This document shows, piece by piece, positions 36,401-44,698 of a stretch of 64,000 nt of DNA. Under the pieces are notes generated by a model. That model searched no databases. It was not told the DNA's origin and saw nothing but the letters and a program-made list of their open reading frames with translations. Positions within the stretch are counted from its first letter, which is position 1. Every line of letters begins with the position of its first letter. The stretch is from NCBI GenBank assembly GCA_016931315.1, contig JAFGFB010000292.1, positions 14,699-78,698 of the forward strand, written 5' to 3'. This DNA is from Anaerolineae bacterium. Its GTDB lineage: Bacteria > Chloroflexota > Anaerolineae > B4-G1 > SLSP01. Both the position numbers and the translations under genes were made by a program.

Positions 36401-36675
36401 AGCTTCTCCGGACTGATAGCGTGTCCTAATGTTCCGCTGATAATCAAACCATCAAATTTCTCGGGGGTGAGCAAATCAAAAACCACATTTTGGGGGGCTT
36501 CCCAACGCAATTCCCCCCCCACAAAACAGATCAGATTGGCATCCAGAGCGGCGGCAGCATCAGCCACCCCTAACATGAAGCCATTCTCATAGCCATCACG
36601 TAACCACGTCACCAACAGCCCAATAGTAGGCCGGTGTTTCTGCTCTCGGATACCGTATTTGCTCTGTGCCTTCAT
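33427..36675 (-). CDS. S6: LacI-type ligand-binding domain (no HTH) + GAFs with no recognisable output domain
   Basis: Preferred start is ATG 36675, with GAGGG upstream, 10 nt after the S5 stop. N-terminus IGLLVTWLRDGYENGFMLGV...IAFIQGPAGQVEAEDRFRAY...VVTANDDMAFGAFDVLRAHGLRVPEDIALVGFDDV matches a periplasmic-binding type I fold, but no helix-turn-helix precedes it. Later GAF FGYYYVGLFLVDSTGRWAVLRAGTGEAGEVMLGRSHRLEVGGASMIG. Module ESWRAYLETVGKQLGYRYR...VALPLRLREQTIGALNVRF. Stub ERLISEATSRMRERMDVDAVLQTAVRELQQVLGLRRVEVRM. Confidence 0.88.
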   Translation of the reverse strand: MKAQSKYGIREQKHRPTIGLLVTWLRDGYENGFMLGVADAAAALDANLICFVGGELRWEAPQNVVFDLLTPEKFDGLIISGTLGHAISPEKLQEFCARFAPLPLVGGALPVPGVVQVLPDSFSGMREAVEHLVTVHGCRHIAFIQGPAGQVEAEDRFRAYTEVLERQSLPLDPALIAAGDYRRVTGEAAMEELLARHVPIDAVVTANDDMAFGAFDVLRAHGLRVPEDIALVGFDDVDAAQHLETPLTTVRQSFAEAARMATETLLALIRGEETPAVVHIPTRLVLRRSCGCQLESVTQAAVPLSAPSAAPSAWGTLPAPETVPESLWGAFWADVNAGESRHFLPALESELRRIQPGLQSAVSTHTAELDAWTKVISDLRRAVLPNLVERAPLLHAETLLQQARVLAGAASQRLEGYRELLLRRQETNIQEFDRALAAALAFEDLKAPVANTFPVLGIGNSYLALYADGTGTQDRARLIFSYEPEQGPRVWEPEVLFPSRQLFPEGMALEAQRYTAILSSLVMRDSRLGFMLFEFGPREGAIYDRLGEQFSGSIFRMLLLQQQAEVQSALEESRQSAETALRDLLVLQRRYVREAWESHAAGISGYTYVDGALAEFADSTGGKTAAIYWLPAMTSAVESAKPAQHTLASGSGLAMPLMLYGEVIGVLGLEREGEQPWTAEQITLIEGVLEQTARALETQRLVTETRHRAAQLRTATEIAQITSSILSLEVLEDQSVNLLRDRFGYYYVGLFLVDSTGRWAVLRAGTGEAGEVMLGRSHRLEVGGASMIGQCVAENAARIALDVGAEAVRFDNPLLPETRSELAVPLRSRGRAIGAMTIQSVERMAFSEEDIAVLQTVADQLGNAIETVRLLGETEKTVHALEAAQGTYTQESWRAYLETVGKQLGYRYRLGLESAPDLSSEEQAALEQQQPVVTRYVAPEDAANLPSAISSLNTGAVASRAAVALPLRLREQTIGALNVRFEDEHVPPETMELLEQVAEQLTQALESARLYQATQQQAAQERLISEATSRMRERMDVDAVLQTAVRELQQVLGLRRVEVRMGASRMGALAADELPAPEKLSE

Positions 36676-36685
36676 ACACCCACCC

Positions 36686-38035
36686 TCATTCCACGTGCGC
36701 AACCGTAGCGCTGGCAGTATTGATAAGCCCACCGGCGGCATCCTGTGATGTCGCAGCGTCCTGTGACGCCGCGCTCGGTGAGGCTGATAACAATTGTGCT
36801 TGCGTTCCTAAGCGCATGACCGCAGTTTTAGCGCTCAACAATTTTGCCAATTCCTCTGTTACAATGCGCAAAACAGCTTGGGTATCGGCAGCCCCGATAA
36901 TCCGTTCAGTCAGCGTGCGCACCTGCTGCTCCTGAAACGCTTGCTTCTGAAGGCGTCCAAATAGCTGCGCGTTGTATACCGCATTCGCCACCGGAATCGC
37001 GAATGCCTGAATCAACGCCTGATCGTGCTCATCGAAGGCATAAGCCTCCGTATAACTCTCAATCGCCAGAACTCCCACCACACGATTCAACGCCAGCAAG
37101 GGTGTCCCCATCCAGGAATTGGCCTGCTGTCCCACATGCTCAAAACCATGCTCGCGGCAAAAAGCGATTTCCTCGTTAGGGTTACGGAACAACAAGGAGC
37201 GCCGTTCCTGAATGATATATCCGGTGAGACCCTCATCCAGCGGATATTCCTGACTGGGCAGGCGTTCACCATTCTGAATATCAAAGTCCGAAGTCCAGAT
37301 GCCCCGCTCTTCATCCACCAACGCAATGTAGAAACTGGAAGCATCGAAAAGTCGCCCCAGCTGTGTATGCGCAGTCTGAAATATGTCTTCAAAATCACGA
37401 GTCGCTGCGAGGGCTTGCCCAACCTCGTTGAGCACCGTCATCTCCTGAATGCGGCGGGCTTGCTGCGTTGACAGACGGGCATTCTCTAGCGCCGCCGCAG
37501 CCTGGTTGGCAACGGTCACCAACAAGTCACGTTCCCGCTCGCCAAACAAGTTCTGCGTGGTGTAACTCTGTACAGTCATCACCCCGATGACGCGGTCGCC
37601 AATCATCAAAGGTGCCCCCAGCCATGATTTGGCTCCCGACACACCCAGAATGCGCACCCCCAACTCAACTATGTGATCCATGACGCCATCCGCCAATAGT
37701 AATGGCGCTCGTGTCTGAATAACGTATTCAGTCAGACCGCCGCTCAATTTGCGATAGGTGCGTTCACCTCGTTCAACACGTTGACCCTCGGTAATATCCA
37801 AACAGAAGAACAGTTCTTGTTTGAGCTCGTCATAAAGGGCAATGTAGAGATTCGTTGTGTCCATCAAACGCGACACGGCTCGATAGACGCCCTCAACGAC
37901 CCCATCAATTCCCAGACCAGCAGCAGTCAATGCTGCCATATCCTGGATGACAGATAACGCAGCAAATGCCGCGGCATTTGCCGCTGTGTCAGCCATCGTT
38001 TCAGCCGTCTGTGAACGCAACCCTTCGTTCGTCAT
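36686..38035 (-). CDS. S5: soluble tandem-GAF protein ending in the family stub
   Basis: ATG 38035 overlaps the S4 stop (ATGA), with GAGGAGG upstream. No hydrophobic segments. Two GAFs (TNLYIALYDELKQELFF...WLGAPLMIGDRVIGVMTVQS; SSFYIALVDEERGIWTS...WMGTPLLALNRVVGVLAIES). Stub QEQQVRTLTERIIGAADTQAVLRIVTEELAKLLSAKTAVMRL. Confidence 0.88.
   Translation of the reverse strand: MTNEGLRSQTAETMADTAANAAAFAALSVIQDMAALTAAGLGIDGVVEGVYRAVSRLMDTTNLYIALYDELKQELFFCLDITEGQRVERGERTYRKLSGGLTEYVIQTRAPLLLADGVMDHIVELGVRILGVSGAKSWLGAPLMIGDRVIGVMTVQSYTTQNLFGERERDLLVTVANQAAAALENARLSTQQARRIQEMTVLNEVGQALAATRDFEDIFQTAHTQLGRLFDASSFYIALVDEERGIWTSDFDIQNGERLPSQEYPLDEGLTGYIIQERRSLLFRNPNEEIAFCREHGFEHVGQQANSWMGTPLLALNRVVGVLAIESYTEAYAFDEHDQALIQAFAIPVANAVYNAQLFGRLQKQAFQEQQVRTLTERIIGAADTQAVLRIVTEELAKLLSAKTAVMRLGTQAQLLSASPSAASQDAATSQDAAGGLINTASATVAHVE
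36738..36770. repeat. imperfect 15/18-nt tandem repeat in the S5 C-terminal tail
   Basis: gcatcctgtgatgtc followed by gcagcgtcctgtgacgcc. It encodes AASQDAATSQDAA on the minus strand. Confidence 0.7.
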
Positions 38036-40947
38036 AAATGCACCTCCTCAGCAGCAACCGCTGCCTCAGCCGCAGCCGCTGCCGGGGACTCAGGTAGGGT
38101 GACATGAACTGTGGCTTCCGCAACCCCAGGCAAACGTCCCAATTGTGTCACCGCGGTTTGCAACACGGTCGTCACATCCAGAGACTGCCGCAGTTGTGAC
38201 GCAATTTCACCAATCAAGCGTTCATTGGCTGCCCGACTCTGGGTCTCCTGATAGAGTTGTGCGCTTTCCAGTGCCTGCCCCAGTTCCGCAACCACGGCTT
38301 CCAACAACAAACGCTCATCATCCAGCCACACCGCTTCGGCGCCAGATTTACGAAAATCAAGCACGCCGACAATCCGCTCCCGAACGCGAAGGGGAATCAC
38401 CAACGTGCTACGCCACACATCACCCACAGTCAAAGGCTCGCGCTCACGGTAAATAACACTGCGTCCCGCTTGTAGCGCTTCGGTCATTCCCGAAGACCAG
38501 GAATCCTCAACCGCGCTGAAAGTGCGGTAAGCATAGCGATAGCCGCCCCCGCGACCTGAGAGGACTCTTTGCCAACCGAGCTCGCTCTTTTCGCCATAGG
38601 CTCTGCGAGTAGCGTCCAATGCTTCTTGGGTAGCGGCGATCAGTTCAGCATTATCCAATGCAACCGCGAGTTGATCCACCATCGTCTGCAATACGGCTAT
38701 GGCCGAGGCATCAAAAACATCTTCTCGTGTATGCTGTACAGTCAAAGCGCCCAACACACGCCCACGCGACCGCAACGGCAACGCCGCCTCGGAGCGCGTC
38801 TCAGGCAACTCCGCAGTTGCCTGCCGCACCGCGTCCTCCCCCGCATGCAAGGCAATGCGCGCCTCAGAATTTTCGATACACCAACTAATCATGGAGCGCG
38901 ATCCGATGCGGAGACGGTGTCCGCGCGCCATCATTGCCCGCCCGGCTTCTCCGGTGCCGGCCCGCAACACTGCCCACTCGCCCGCCGCATCTAGCAGGAA
39001 CAGACCTACATAGTAAAGGCCAAAGTGGTCGCGAATCAGATTGACGGTCTGCGAGAGCAAAGATTCCGTATCCAGAATGGATGTTGCCGCCTGGCTCACC
39101 GTGGAAGCCGCCTCCAGATATGCAGCGCGCTGTTCCAGATCACGGGTGCGATCGGCAACCTGCGTCTCCAAACCGGCAATCAGTGAACGCAAGCGAGCCG
39201 TCATTTGATTAAAAGCATCCGCCAAAAATCCCAACTCATCTTCGGAAAGTACCGGGGCTTCCCGGTCAATATTGCCGGCACTGATATCCAAAACTGCCGC
39301 GGTGAGTTCTTCAACGGGGCGGAATGCCTGGCGGAAAGCCAACCAGGAAAGGCCCATCAGGATGAGAGCGCTGACGAAAACACCCGCTATGGAGAGAATC
39401 CGCAATGAACGTACTTGAGCCAGCAACTCCTGTTCGTTCACCTGAATAATCAAGCCCCAGTCGTTTTCCAATTCCGCAATATAAGCCTGCCAACGCACAG
39501 CATTAGCATCGTCAAAGCGATAGATACCCCTGGCGCCGCCCATCAACGCCGCCGCCGGAGGATAGTCCAGAATCGTCGTTTGTTGTGCGGTGAAGAATTC
39601 CAGGTCCGAAGCCAGAATCAAGCCTTGAGGTCCCACCAGGTAAGCCAGGCCCGTATCGCCAACACGATAGCGCGCCAGCAAATCAGAAATATCGGTCAAA
39701 GTGCTGGCAAACATACTCACGCCAACAACCTCGCCCGAGCCATCGCGAATTGGCTCCGACATGATCAAGGCTGGCACACCGCTTGTGCGCCCAATTACCG
39801 TCTGCAAGCCCGGCTGACCTGCCACGGCTTGTTGATACCATTGCCGGTCACTGTAATCGAGCAAATCACTCTCGTCGTTGCGAGCGACATTGAAGCCCGC
39901 CAAATCCGTCGTGCTGACCAGATACATGTAGGGATAGGTCACGGCAAAATCCTGCAAGACGGGCCGCTGAAAGTTTGGATTCATACTGGTGATTTCCGGA
40001 CGGGATGCCAAAAGCGCCAGGGATTTGCGGTTAAAGTCCATCCAAGAGGTGATGTTATAAGCCAGCAACTCACTATTCGATTCCAACTGCCCCAACGCAC
40101 TCTGGCGTAACAATGCGTTTACGTTGACACTGATCAGAGCAATACTGCCGACCAACAAAGGGGCGCTGATAACGAGCACCATTGCGGTCAACCGGGGGCG
40201 TAATCGTCCCCCCTGCAAGCCGCCTTCGGAAACCAGCGCCTGGAATGCCACATAGGCGTAAATCACGATAAATTGCCCAATCGTCAACAATGCCGGAATG
40301 CCAGGCGGCAACAACCGTGGGAGAATCACCTGGAGCAGGAAAGCGAGGAATTGCGCCACAAGCAACAGGCGCGCCAAACGCCGGCGCAAAACAGAGATCC
40401 CTCGATCAACAAAAGCCAGATAGATCAAGGTCAACATCACCAGTACGGGCACAATCCGCATATTCACCAGGCGCACAACGTTACCCAATGCCCCACCCGT
40501 GAATTCGGGAACGTCAACAAACCCGCCCATATAACGGAGCGGATTCAGGCCGGTGTAATAGAGGTTCAGCCCCGTCAGGAAGTCCAACCCAACCAGCAAC
40601 GCCGGCAGCAACACCAGCCCATAGCCCACGTACAATGGGTAACGCATCCGGGTTTTGAACCACTCGGGCTTCACAAACGCAACCGCAACAATGCCTAGCA
40701 ACGGCAACACAGCCGGCGAAGTCATTGCGACCAGCGGCGCAGCCCAAGACACCTCATCAGCACGCTGAGCGCCCCAGAACACGCCCAAAACCAGGGTATT
40801 GACCGCAAAGACCAGCATCAAAACTGTCAGGTGTGCATTACCACGGTTGCGGATGTTTAGCACAGACACATAGAGCGCCAGAATCAACGCCAGAATCGCT
40901 AACGACCAGGCAAATAGTTGTTCCACAGAAAACGCCTGAGGCGTCAT
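38032..40947 (-). CDS. S4: multi-TM block + Cache-like + HAMP + GAF sensor protein with no recognisable output domain
   Basis: ATG 40947 overlaps the S3 stop (ATGA). About 8 N-terminal TM helices. Cache-like region (YSDRQWYQQAVAGQPGLQTVIGRTSGVPALIMSEPIRDGSGEVVGV). HAMP (LADAFNQMTARLRSL). GAF FGLYYVGLFLLDAAGEWAVLRAGTGEAGRAMMARGHRLRIG. Module LGWQRVLSGRGGGYRYAYR...LVIPLRVRERIVGVLDFRK. Stub NERLIGEIASQLRQSLDVTTVLQTAVTQLGRLPGVAEATVHV. Confidence 0.88.
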   Translation of the reverse strand: MTPQAFSVEQLFAWSLAILALILALYVSVLNIRNRGNAHLTVLMLVFAVNTLVLGVFWGAQRADEVSWAAPLVAMTSPAVLPLLGIVAVAFVKPEWFKTRMRYPLYVGYGLVLLPALLVGLDFLTGLNLYYTGLNPLRYMGGFVDVPEFTGGALGNVVRLVNMRIVPVLVMLTLIYLAFVDRGISVLRRRLARLLLVAQFLAFLLQVILPRLLPPGIPALLTIGQFIVIYAYVAFQALVSEGGLQGGRLRPRLTAMVLVISAPLLVGSIALISVNVNALLRQSALGQLESNSELLAYNITSWMDFNRKSLALLASRPEITSMNPNFQRPVLQDFAVTYPYMYLVSTTDLAGFNVARNDESDLLDYSDRQWYQQAVAGQPGLQTVIGRTSGVPALIMSEPIRDGSGEVVGVSMFASTLTDISDLLARYRVGDTGLAYLVGPQGLILASDLEFFTAQQTTILDYPPAAALMGGARGIYRFDDANAVRWQAYIAELENDWGLIIQVNEQELLAQVRSLRILSIAGVFVSALILMGLSWLAFRQAFRPVEELTAAVLDISAGNIDREAPVLSEDELGFLADAFNQMTARLRSLIAGLETQVADRTRDLEQRAAYLEAASTVSQAATSILDTESLLSQTVNLIRDHFGLYYVGLFLLDAAGEWAVLRAGTGEAGRAMMARGHRLRIGSRSMISWCIENSEARIALHAGEDAVRQATAELPETRSEAALPLRSRGRVLGALTVQHTREDVFDASAIAVLQTMVDQLAVALDNAELIAATQEALDATRRAYGEKSELGWQRVLSGRGGGYRYAYRTFSAVEDSWSSGMTEALQAGRSVIYREREPLTVGDVWRSTLVIPLRVRERIVGVLDFRKSGAEAVWLDDERLLLEAVVAELGQALESAQLYQETQSRAANERLIGEIASQLRQSLDVTTVLQTAVTQLGRLPGVAEATVHVTLPESPAAAAAEAAVAAEEVHL

Positions 40948-42962
40948 GCTGCCACCTCCTCGCCCGTTGGTGCACCAACCGTTGGCGTGCCAACCGTTGG
41001 CGCGCCAACCATTGGCGTCGCTCCAGCTTGTGGCGAGGTAAACCGGACTTCAGCCTCAGCCAGCCCTAAGACATCACCGACTTCACGAAGCACCGTGCGC
41101 AACATCGTTTCCACATCCAGCGTTTCTCGCATGCGCGTCGTAATCTCTCCGGTTAGCTGCTCGCGAGCCGCCTGGCGCTGGCTGGCTTGATAAAGTCGAG
41201 CGCTTTCTAGAGCCTGCGCCAACTCCTGTGCCGCGCGTGAGGCGAACGTGATCTCCTCTTCTACCCAGGGACGCGCAGCGGGGCGTCGAATTTGGAGTAC
41301 ACCCAGGTCTAAACCGGAAAACGTCAACGGCAAAAGCAAGGTATTATCCTCGGCAACCTGTGGCTGCTTTAACTCACCTGTCGCGTCCTCAATCTTTGTC
41401 TCACCACTAAGCGCCTCCAGAGTGCGTGGTGTATAAAGATAGCCACGCAGCCCTAACTGCGCCATGAACTCAAACCAGGAGCGCCGCGCATCCGCACGAT
41501 ACGTTCGCTGCAGTTCCTGAATGGCCTGTTGACGTTGCGAAAAAACGAGTGCATTGGCAATGGCAATAGAGATTTGATCCGCCAAAATACGAAGGGTATT
41601 GATATCCTCGTTTTTGAAAGCACCAGTCGCCTGACTTTGTACATCCAACGCACCCATCACCTGCCCACCCACAATAAGTGGCAGTGCCATCTCAGAGTGG
41701 GTCTCCGGCAAATCAGGATTATCGAACCACACCATGTCATCACCCACATCCAAAGCAATGCGGGGACGCCCGGTCTGCGTCACATAACCCACAATACCTT
41801 GCGCTCCGACTCCCAAACGGTGACCACGGGCAACCATCCGCTGCCCCCCAGCTGACGAAGCAGCCCGCAATACCGCCCACTCGCGGGTGTCATCTAAAAG
41901 GAAAATACCGGCATGGTAGAATCCAAACTGCTCAGAGATCAACGCCGCCACCTGCGCCAGGAGCTCATCCAAATCCAGAATCGAGGCGGCAACGCGGCTT
42001 ACCTCACCCGTAGCGCGCAAATAAGCAGCCTGACGTTCCAGGTCGTGCGTGCGTGAAGTCACGCGCTCTTCCAGGCCACTCACCGTTTCACGGAGGCGTC
42101 GGGTCATCTCATTAAATGCTGCCGCCAATTGCGCGGATTCCTCTTCTTCAGGTAACGGCGCCTCGTAGTTCAAATCGCCAGCGCGAACGCGCTCAACCGC
42201 AGACACCAAAGTTCCCAGGTGAGCCGTAAGGCGGCGCCCCAACGCCAACCCCGCCAACACAGTCAAGGGCGCCGCGACCAACAGGGCAATGGCGCCAATC
42301 TGAACAAAAGCCAGCTCTTGCCGGCGCACATCCGTCGCCTCAAGATCAACGCCCAAAACCGCTACCAGTGTGCCATCCGCCGCACGAAGAGGCGCATAAC
42401 CTGATAGCCAAACCCCCCACTGATCCTCGTAAAAATCCTCTTCAACAGCGGCGCTCGCCAGCGTGCCAATAGACTGCGCCAACAACGGACCCGGATCATC
42501 ATATACGCTGCCAGGCAGAGCCGCGTCTTCCGGAATTTCTTCAGCATCAGCCACGAAATAGATTTTTCCGTCGGCTCCCTGACGCATGAGATACGCAAAA
42601 CGGGCTCCACTGATGCGGTCGCGGGCAACACGCAATTGTGCAATCACAGCATCCAGGGTTGCTGAAGGTCCCGGTTCTGCCTCAACCAGTTGGGCCACAG
42701 CATCCGTGTCCAGACTTAAGGCAGCCAGGGAGACCGCATCTTGATGCCGTGACCGGATTTCCTGGCGCAAATACGGGCGCAACACGAACAGCGCAACCAC
42801 GATAATAAACGCCAGCAACGTCAACAGATTCAGGGCAACCAAAGCGGTCGTCACCCTTGTACGCAAGCGTGGGCGCACCTTTGACGCCCCGGCCCCTGGC
42901 GCCGCAGTTACCCGGGTCAGTATCCCGCTTGGCGGTGGCGCGAAATCCTGCTTCACGCTCAT
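40944..42962 (-). CDS. S3: TM + periplasmic sensor + HAMP + GAF sensor protein with no recognisable output domain
   Basis: ATG 42962 overlaps the S2 stop (ATGA), with GGAGGAAG upstream. TM, periplasmic region of ~190 aa (fold not assigned), TM, HAMP (AAAFNEMTRRLRETV). GAF FGFYHAGIFLLDDTREWAVLRAASSAGGQRMVARGHRLGVG. Module RSWFEFMAQLGLRGYLYTP...LLLPLTFSGLDLGVLQIRRPAARPWVEEE. Stub REQLTGEITTRMRETLDVETMLRTVLREVGDVLGLAEAEVRF. Confidence 0.88.
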   Translation of the reverse strand: MSVKQDFAPPPSGILTRVTAAPGAGASKVRPRLRTRVTTALVALNLLTLLAFIIVVALFVLRPYLRQEIRSRHQDAVSLAALSLDTDAVAQLVEAEPGPSATLDAVIAQLRVARDRISGARFAYLMRQGADGKIYFVADAEEIPEDAALPGSVYDDPGPLLAQSIGTLASAAVEEDFYEDQWGVWLSGYAPLRAADGTLVAVLGVDLEATDVRRQELAFVQIGAIALLVAAPLTVLAGLALGRRLTAHLGTLVSAVERVRAGDLNYEAPLPEEEESAQLAAAFNEMTRRLRETVSGLEERVTSRTHDLERQAAYLRATGEVSRVAASILDLDELLAQVAALISEQFGFYHAGIFLLDDTREWAVLRAASSAGGQRMVARGHRLGVGAQGIVGYVTQTGRPRIALDVGDDMVWFDNPDLPETHSEMALPLIVGGQVMGALDVQSQATGAFKNEDINTLRILADQISIAIANALVFSQRQQAIQELQRTYRADARRSWFEFMAQLGLRGYLYTPRTLEALSGETKIEDATGELKQPQVAEDNTLLLPLTFSGLDLGVLQIRRPAARPWVEEEITFASRAAQELAQALESARLYQASQRQAAREQLTGEITTRMRETLDVETMLRTVLREVGDVLGLAEAEVRFTSPQAGATPMVGAPTVGTPTVGAPTGEEVAA
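40964..41021. repeat. 15-nt tandem repeat (~3.9 units) in the S3 C-terminal tail
   Basis: ccgttggtgcaccaa ccgttggcgtgccaa ccgttggcgcgccaa ccattggcgtcgc. It encodes ATPMVGAPTVGTPTVGAPTG on the minus strand. Confidence 0.9.
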
Positions 42963-44698
42963 TGATCTTCCTCCACAGACTCCACCGGTGGCAATGGTCC
43001 CGTTCCAGGGGGTTTACCGGCTTGTTGCGCTGGCGAGGTTAACGCTAGCACCACCTCATTCGCATCAAGTGCGGTGCCGATTTCTCGCACACCATGGCGT
43101 AGTATCGTTTCCACATCGAAACTAGACCAAATCAAATCTCCCACATGCGCAAGCTGCTCCTGATAGAGCGCCTTGCGACGGCTATCGCGCAGAAGGCGAA
43201 CTGTATCGAAAGCCCCGGCCAGGCGCTCAACAGCAGTCGTGGCCAGAAGTAAAGCTTCAGTCTCCCACGGAGCTGCCTGCTCGCCCGGAAGCGTCCCGCT
43301 CGCCTGGCGCGTAAAAGCCACATAGCCCAAATTGGTTTCGCGCCAGGTAAGCGGCGTTAATAGTAACCATCCCCCCACACCACCCGGCAGCCCCACAACA
43401 TGAGGTTTCCCATCGCGCAACATCTCGGTAGCTAAAAGGTGAATACTCTCAGCCGGCGATTCTCCCACTTGCACCTGATGCGATATTCCCTCAGAACTTA
43501 ACAACGACCGCCATGAGGTACCCGCGACCTGTGCATAAAGCGTGCGCAGCTCTTGCGCTCGTGCCGAAGTTTCCTCGAGCAGGCGCAAAATATTCAAAGC
43601 CGCAGAGACCTGATCGCTCAACACCCGGAAGATGCGCACATCTTCTTCGGCAAAAGGCTTCCGGCTGCCATAAATTCCCAGAACCCCTAGCAGCTCGCCG
43701 CCGAAGATCAAAGGTAAAGCGACCTCCGCGCGGCGCAAGGGGAAGCGCTCATCACCCGCAGGGATTGCAGTCTCAGCCGTCCCAAGTTGCGCCACCCGTC
43801 CCGGCAATGATTCACCGCCCACAGCCAACGACCAACCAGCATCCACCAGAGCTTGACCCTGCGCACCGGCAGCAGCCGCCAGGTTCAGTTGCTCCCCGCG
43901 CACATCGAGCAGGAAAACATTAGCCTGGTACAATCCGAAAGCACTCACAAGTTCTTCAACCAAACGGTGCAATAGACCATCGCGGTCGCGCATTCGCGCC
44001 AGGTTACGCGAGAGCATAGCCACACGGTCAATGCGATCAGCCTGCCTGCGTGCCCGTTGCGCCTCTTCTTGTGACTGAAGCCGGAGTTTCTGCGCCACGT
44101 CGGCGTTGCTCTGTAACTCCTCAATGGATTTTGATAAAAATTTCCGGTACTCGCTAATCGTCAACCCTAGAACCAGAATGACCGTGATGGGTACGAAAGC
44201 CTCAATCGCCCATGATCCCAAATCCAGAGGATTCTGAGCCTGCAACGGGACCAGACGGCCTTGCGCATATCCCCAAGCCACTAACGCATAGCCACCCAAG
44301 GCTAAGGCGCTCCAAAGCCACAAGCCGCGTCGCCCCAATAACAAAGTTGCCAGTAATGGCACCAGCAACAGCCAGAAACGACCTGCCCCCACCAATCCAT
44401 TTTGCGCTAAAATATACAACCCGCTACCCAAAGCAATCAGCAAAAAACCGCTAATACGCACCACTGGGGACCAGGTTTTGACAAAGGCTAGAACCAGGAA
44501 GAAACCATATAAACCCAGGAAGATCACAATCTGCCAATACAGAGCACGGCTAATCGCGGTTGGGATCCAAAACAACAACAATAACATGCCCGCAACGACC
44601 GAAAATGCCAGCAAGCGCGCGAGCAACCAATCGCGAAACTGCATTTCCTGGTGGGAAAGGTTCTCACCATGTGGAGAAGTCACATCATGAGGATTCAT
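42959..44698 (-). CDS. S2: polytopic-membrane GAF sensor protein with no recognisable output domain
   Basis: ATG 44698 has GGAGTGA upstream and overlaps S1 by 14 nt. About 6 TM helices. GAF FGLYQANVFLLDVRGEQLNL...AEVALPLIFGGELLGVLGIYGS. Second module (TSWRSLLSSEGISHQ...LLLTPLTWRETNLGYVAFTRQ). Stub QEQLAHVGDLIWSSFDVETILRHGVREIGTALDANEVVLAL. Confidence 0.85.
   Translation of the reverse strand: MNPHDVTSPHGENLSHQEMQFRDWLLARLLAFSVVAGMLLLLFWIPTAISRALYWQIVIFLGLYGFFLVLAFVKTWSPVVRISGFLLIALGSGLYILAQNGLVGAGRFWLLLVPLLATLLLGRRGLWLWSALALGGYALVAWGYAQGRLVPLQAQNPLDLGSWAIEAFVPITVILVLGLTISEYRKFLSKSIEELQSNADVAQKLRLQSQEEAQRARRQADRIDRVAMLSRNLARMRDRDGLLHRLVEELVSAFGLYQANVFLLDVRGEQLNLAAAAGAQGQALVDAGWSLAVGGESLPGRVAQLGTAETAIPAGDERFPLRRAEVALPLIFGGELLGVLGIYGSRKPFAEEDVRIFRVLSDQVSAALNILRLLEETSARAQELRTLYAQVAGTSWRSLLSSEGISHQVQVGESPAESIHLLATEMLRDGKPHVVGLPGGVGGWLLLTPLTWRETNLGYVAFTRQASGTLPGEQAAPWETEALLLATTAVERLAGAFDTVRLLRDSRRKALYQEQLAHVGDLIWSSFDVETILRHGVREIGTALDANEVVLALTSPAQQAGKPPGTGPLPPVESVEEDQ

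Noticed and set aside
36676-36741. 22-codon N-terminal extension of the S6 track ORF that would overlap S5.
   Set aside because: ATG 36675 has a GAGGG site and avoids a 56-nt overlap. The extension has no HTH-like sequence.
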